From positions 46,590 to 77,578 of the forward strand of contig RQSC01000381.1 of assembly GCA_013416795.1 (NCBI GenBank): a stretch of DNA of 30,989 bases. Direction: 5' to 3'. This stretch comes from Prasinococcaceae sp. CCMP 1430. Taxonomy: Eukaryota; Plantae; Prasinodermophyta. The notes beneath the pieces are model-generated. The model did no database searches, was not told the origin of the DNA, and was given only the letters and a program-made list of their open reading frames with translations. Position 1 is the stretch's first letter, and every line of letters begins with the position of its first letter. Shown here one piece after another: positions 29,361-30,989 of this stretch. A program made the translations under genes and the position numbers.

Positions 29361-30968
29361 ATGCGCGCGCGCGCGCTCGTCGGCGAGGTCAAGGCGGAGG
29401 TCGAGGCGGGGGGTCGGTCCGCCAGCGTCGGCGCGGCCGCCGTGTCCACAGACGAGGCGGTGTGGCCCGAGCCCCTGACCGCCAGCGAGCGGATCCGCCG
29501 AGCGGCATCCTTCTGGGGGGCGCTCGCGCCCGTGCTGGCGCGCTACCAGTGGCTGCAGACGCGCGAGGAGCTCGCAAGCGTCGCTGACGTCAAGGGCACG
29601 GGCGCCGACTTCAGCGACGATTGGGAGGCGCTGCACGAGGACTCCGCCGTGCGCATACGCGAGACGCTCGAGCGCCTGCAGGGGTTCTACGTGAAGTCGG
29701 GGCAGCTCGTGAGCACGCGCGTGGACCTCTTCCCGCCGGCCTTCGCGCGCGAGCTGGCGGCGATGCAGGACAGCGTACCGCCGATGGACCCCGCACTTGC
29801 GCGAGCGGTGGTGGAGCGCGAGCTCCTCGAGACGCCGCGCACGGGCGTGCGCCTGGAGGACGCGTTCTCAGAGTTCGACGACGAGCCCGTAGGCTCTGCG
29901 AGCGTCGCGCAGGTGCACCGCGCGGTGCTCGCCGGAAGCGGCCGCGAGGTGGCGGTGAAGGTGCAACGCCCTGCGGTCGAGCCCAAGATGCTCGGAGACG
30001 TGGGAAACCTCACGTCGCTCTTCGGCCTGCCTTTCCTTCGCGAGGCCTTTCCGGTGGACTACTACGTGGTGTTCTCCGAGCTCGGCGCGCAGCTGGTGCA
30101 GGAGTTCGATTTCACGATCGAGGCGAGAAACCAAGAAATCATCCGAGGCCGCCTCGGCAAGGACCCGGCCACGGGGCGCCCGCGCGTGTCCCCCGTTCGC
30201 GTGCCGGCCGTGGTCGATGGCATGGTCGCGCCGAGGTGCATGGTCATGGACTTCGTGCGCGGCGTGCCCCTCAGCCGCGCGGGCGAGGAGATGGCGAAAC
30301 GCGGCATAGAGCCGGGATCCCCTGAGAGCAAGCTCTTCGGGCGAAAGCTGCTGAGCTCGCTCACACAAGCCTTCGGGTGCATGATCCTAGAGGACGGGCT
30401 CTTCCACGCGGATCCCCACCCAGGCAACATCTTCATCGACGAGGACGGCGCGTGTGCCCTCCTCGACTTCGGACAGACGAAGCAGCTCTCCGAGACCACG
30501 CGTCGAGCCCTCGCGAGGCTCGTGCTGCTAGTCGCCGAGCAGCCCGACGACGTGGCCGACGTTGACACGGAGGCCATCGCGACGCTCATCAAGAGCATTG
30601 GGGTGACGTTTGTTGATGGCGCGGATGAGGTGGCAGGCGCCGCCGCCGCGATGTGGCTCTTCGATTCGCGCCCCGAGCTTCCCGGCGGCTACGACGCCAG
30701 CGAGCTGAGCGCGAACTCGCCCGCCCTCGCGATCGCGTCGTTCCCGCGTGAGATGGTGTTCGTGGGGCGGTCCACAGTGCTGATTCGCGGCATCACCGCG
30801 CGACTGGGATTGAGCTGGTCGCTCGCGCGGCAGTGGGCGCCCATCGCCAGGCGCGTCCTCGAGGAGGGCGCGAGCACGGAGGCCGCGGCGCCCGCGGCGC
30901 CGCGGTGGATCGAGCCAGTGCTCGCGGCGCTGTCAAGGCTCGCGGCAGCGCTGCGCGCGGATAGCTAG
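29361..30968 (+). CDS. ABC1/UbiB-family atypical kinase (ABC1K), intronless, 535 aa
   Basis: Motifs GFYVKSGQLVSTRVDLFP, ASVAQVHRA, VAVKVQRP, EFDFTIEARN, FHADPHPGN, LLDFGQ. Confidence 0.92.
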   Translation: MRARALVGEVKAEVEAGGRSASVGAAAVSTDEAVWPEPLTASERIRRAASFWGALAPVLARYQWLQTREELASVADVKGTGADFSDDWEALHEDSAVRIRETLERLQGFYVKSGQLVSTRVDLFPPAFARELAAMQDSVPPMDPALARAVVERELLETPRTGVRLEDAFSEFDDEPVGSASVAQVHRAVLAGSGREVAVKVQRPAVEPKMLGDVGNLTSLFGLPFLREAFPVDYYVVFSELGAQLVQEFDFTIEARNQEIIRGRLGKDPATGRPRVSPVRVPAVVDGMVAPRCMVMDFVRGVPLSRAGEEMAKRGIEPGSPESKLFGRKLLSSLTQAFGCMILEDGLFHADPHPGNIFIDEDGACALLDFGQTKQLSETTRRALARLVLLVAEQPDDVADVDTEAIATLIKSIGVTFVDGADEVAGAAAAMWLFDSRPELPGGYDASELSANSPALAIASFPREMVFVGRSTVLIRGITARLGLSWSLARQWAPIARRVLEEGASTEAAAPAAPRWIEPVLAALSRLAAALRADS

Positions 30969-30989
30969 CTTTCACTCCTGCCCTTACTT

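Noticed and set aside
25103-30968. CCB2, GUN4 and ABC1K adjacency as a plastid-function gene cluster
   Set aside because: Plastid-targeted genes are common in compact algal genomes, orientations are mixed, and ABC1K localisation is unknown. There is no evidence beyond proximity.
1-30989. tRNA, rRNA genes or intact transposons
   Set aside because: None recognised. The rRNA-matching segments are only 10-11-nt snoRNA guide complements.

Overview
GC-rich, gene-dense eukaryotic DNA, most likely from a green alga. This is inferred from GT-AG spliceosomal introns, nuclear genes for plastid proteins (GUN4, CCB2) and TGTAA poly(A)-type signals. There are four assembly gaps and abundant (CA)n/(GT)n/(CG)n tracts in introns and spacers. 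Manual splicing supports about 14 protein genes: a cupin protein, three ankyrin-repeat proteins (one with a GNAT-like domain and C2HC finger, one with a MYND finger), an arylsulfatase, a TBC Rab-GAP, LSM12, a small membrane protein, a UPL6-like HECT ligase, a DEAD-box helicase, CCB2, GUN4, an RraA-family protein and an ABC1 kinase. The main hidden system is non-coding: each of the four visible introns of the DEAD-box helicase gene holds one box C/D snoRNA (U27/snR74-like, two U14 copies identical in the mature region, and a fourth of unassigned family), all with antisense elements to 18S rRNA. Other notable points are an intron carrying a decayed copy of the preceding exon end, non-YAG acceptors, a possible GUG start in a tight head-to-head gene pair, and clustered promoter motifs. 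All family assignments come from motif recognition and memory, not database searches.
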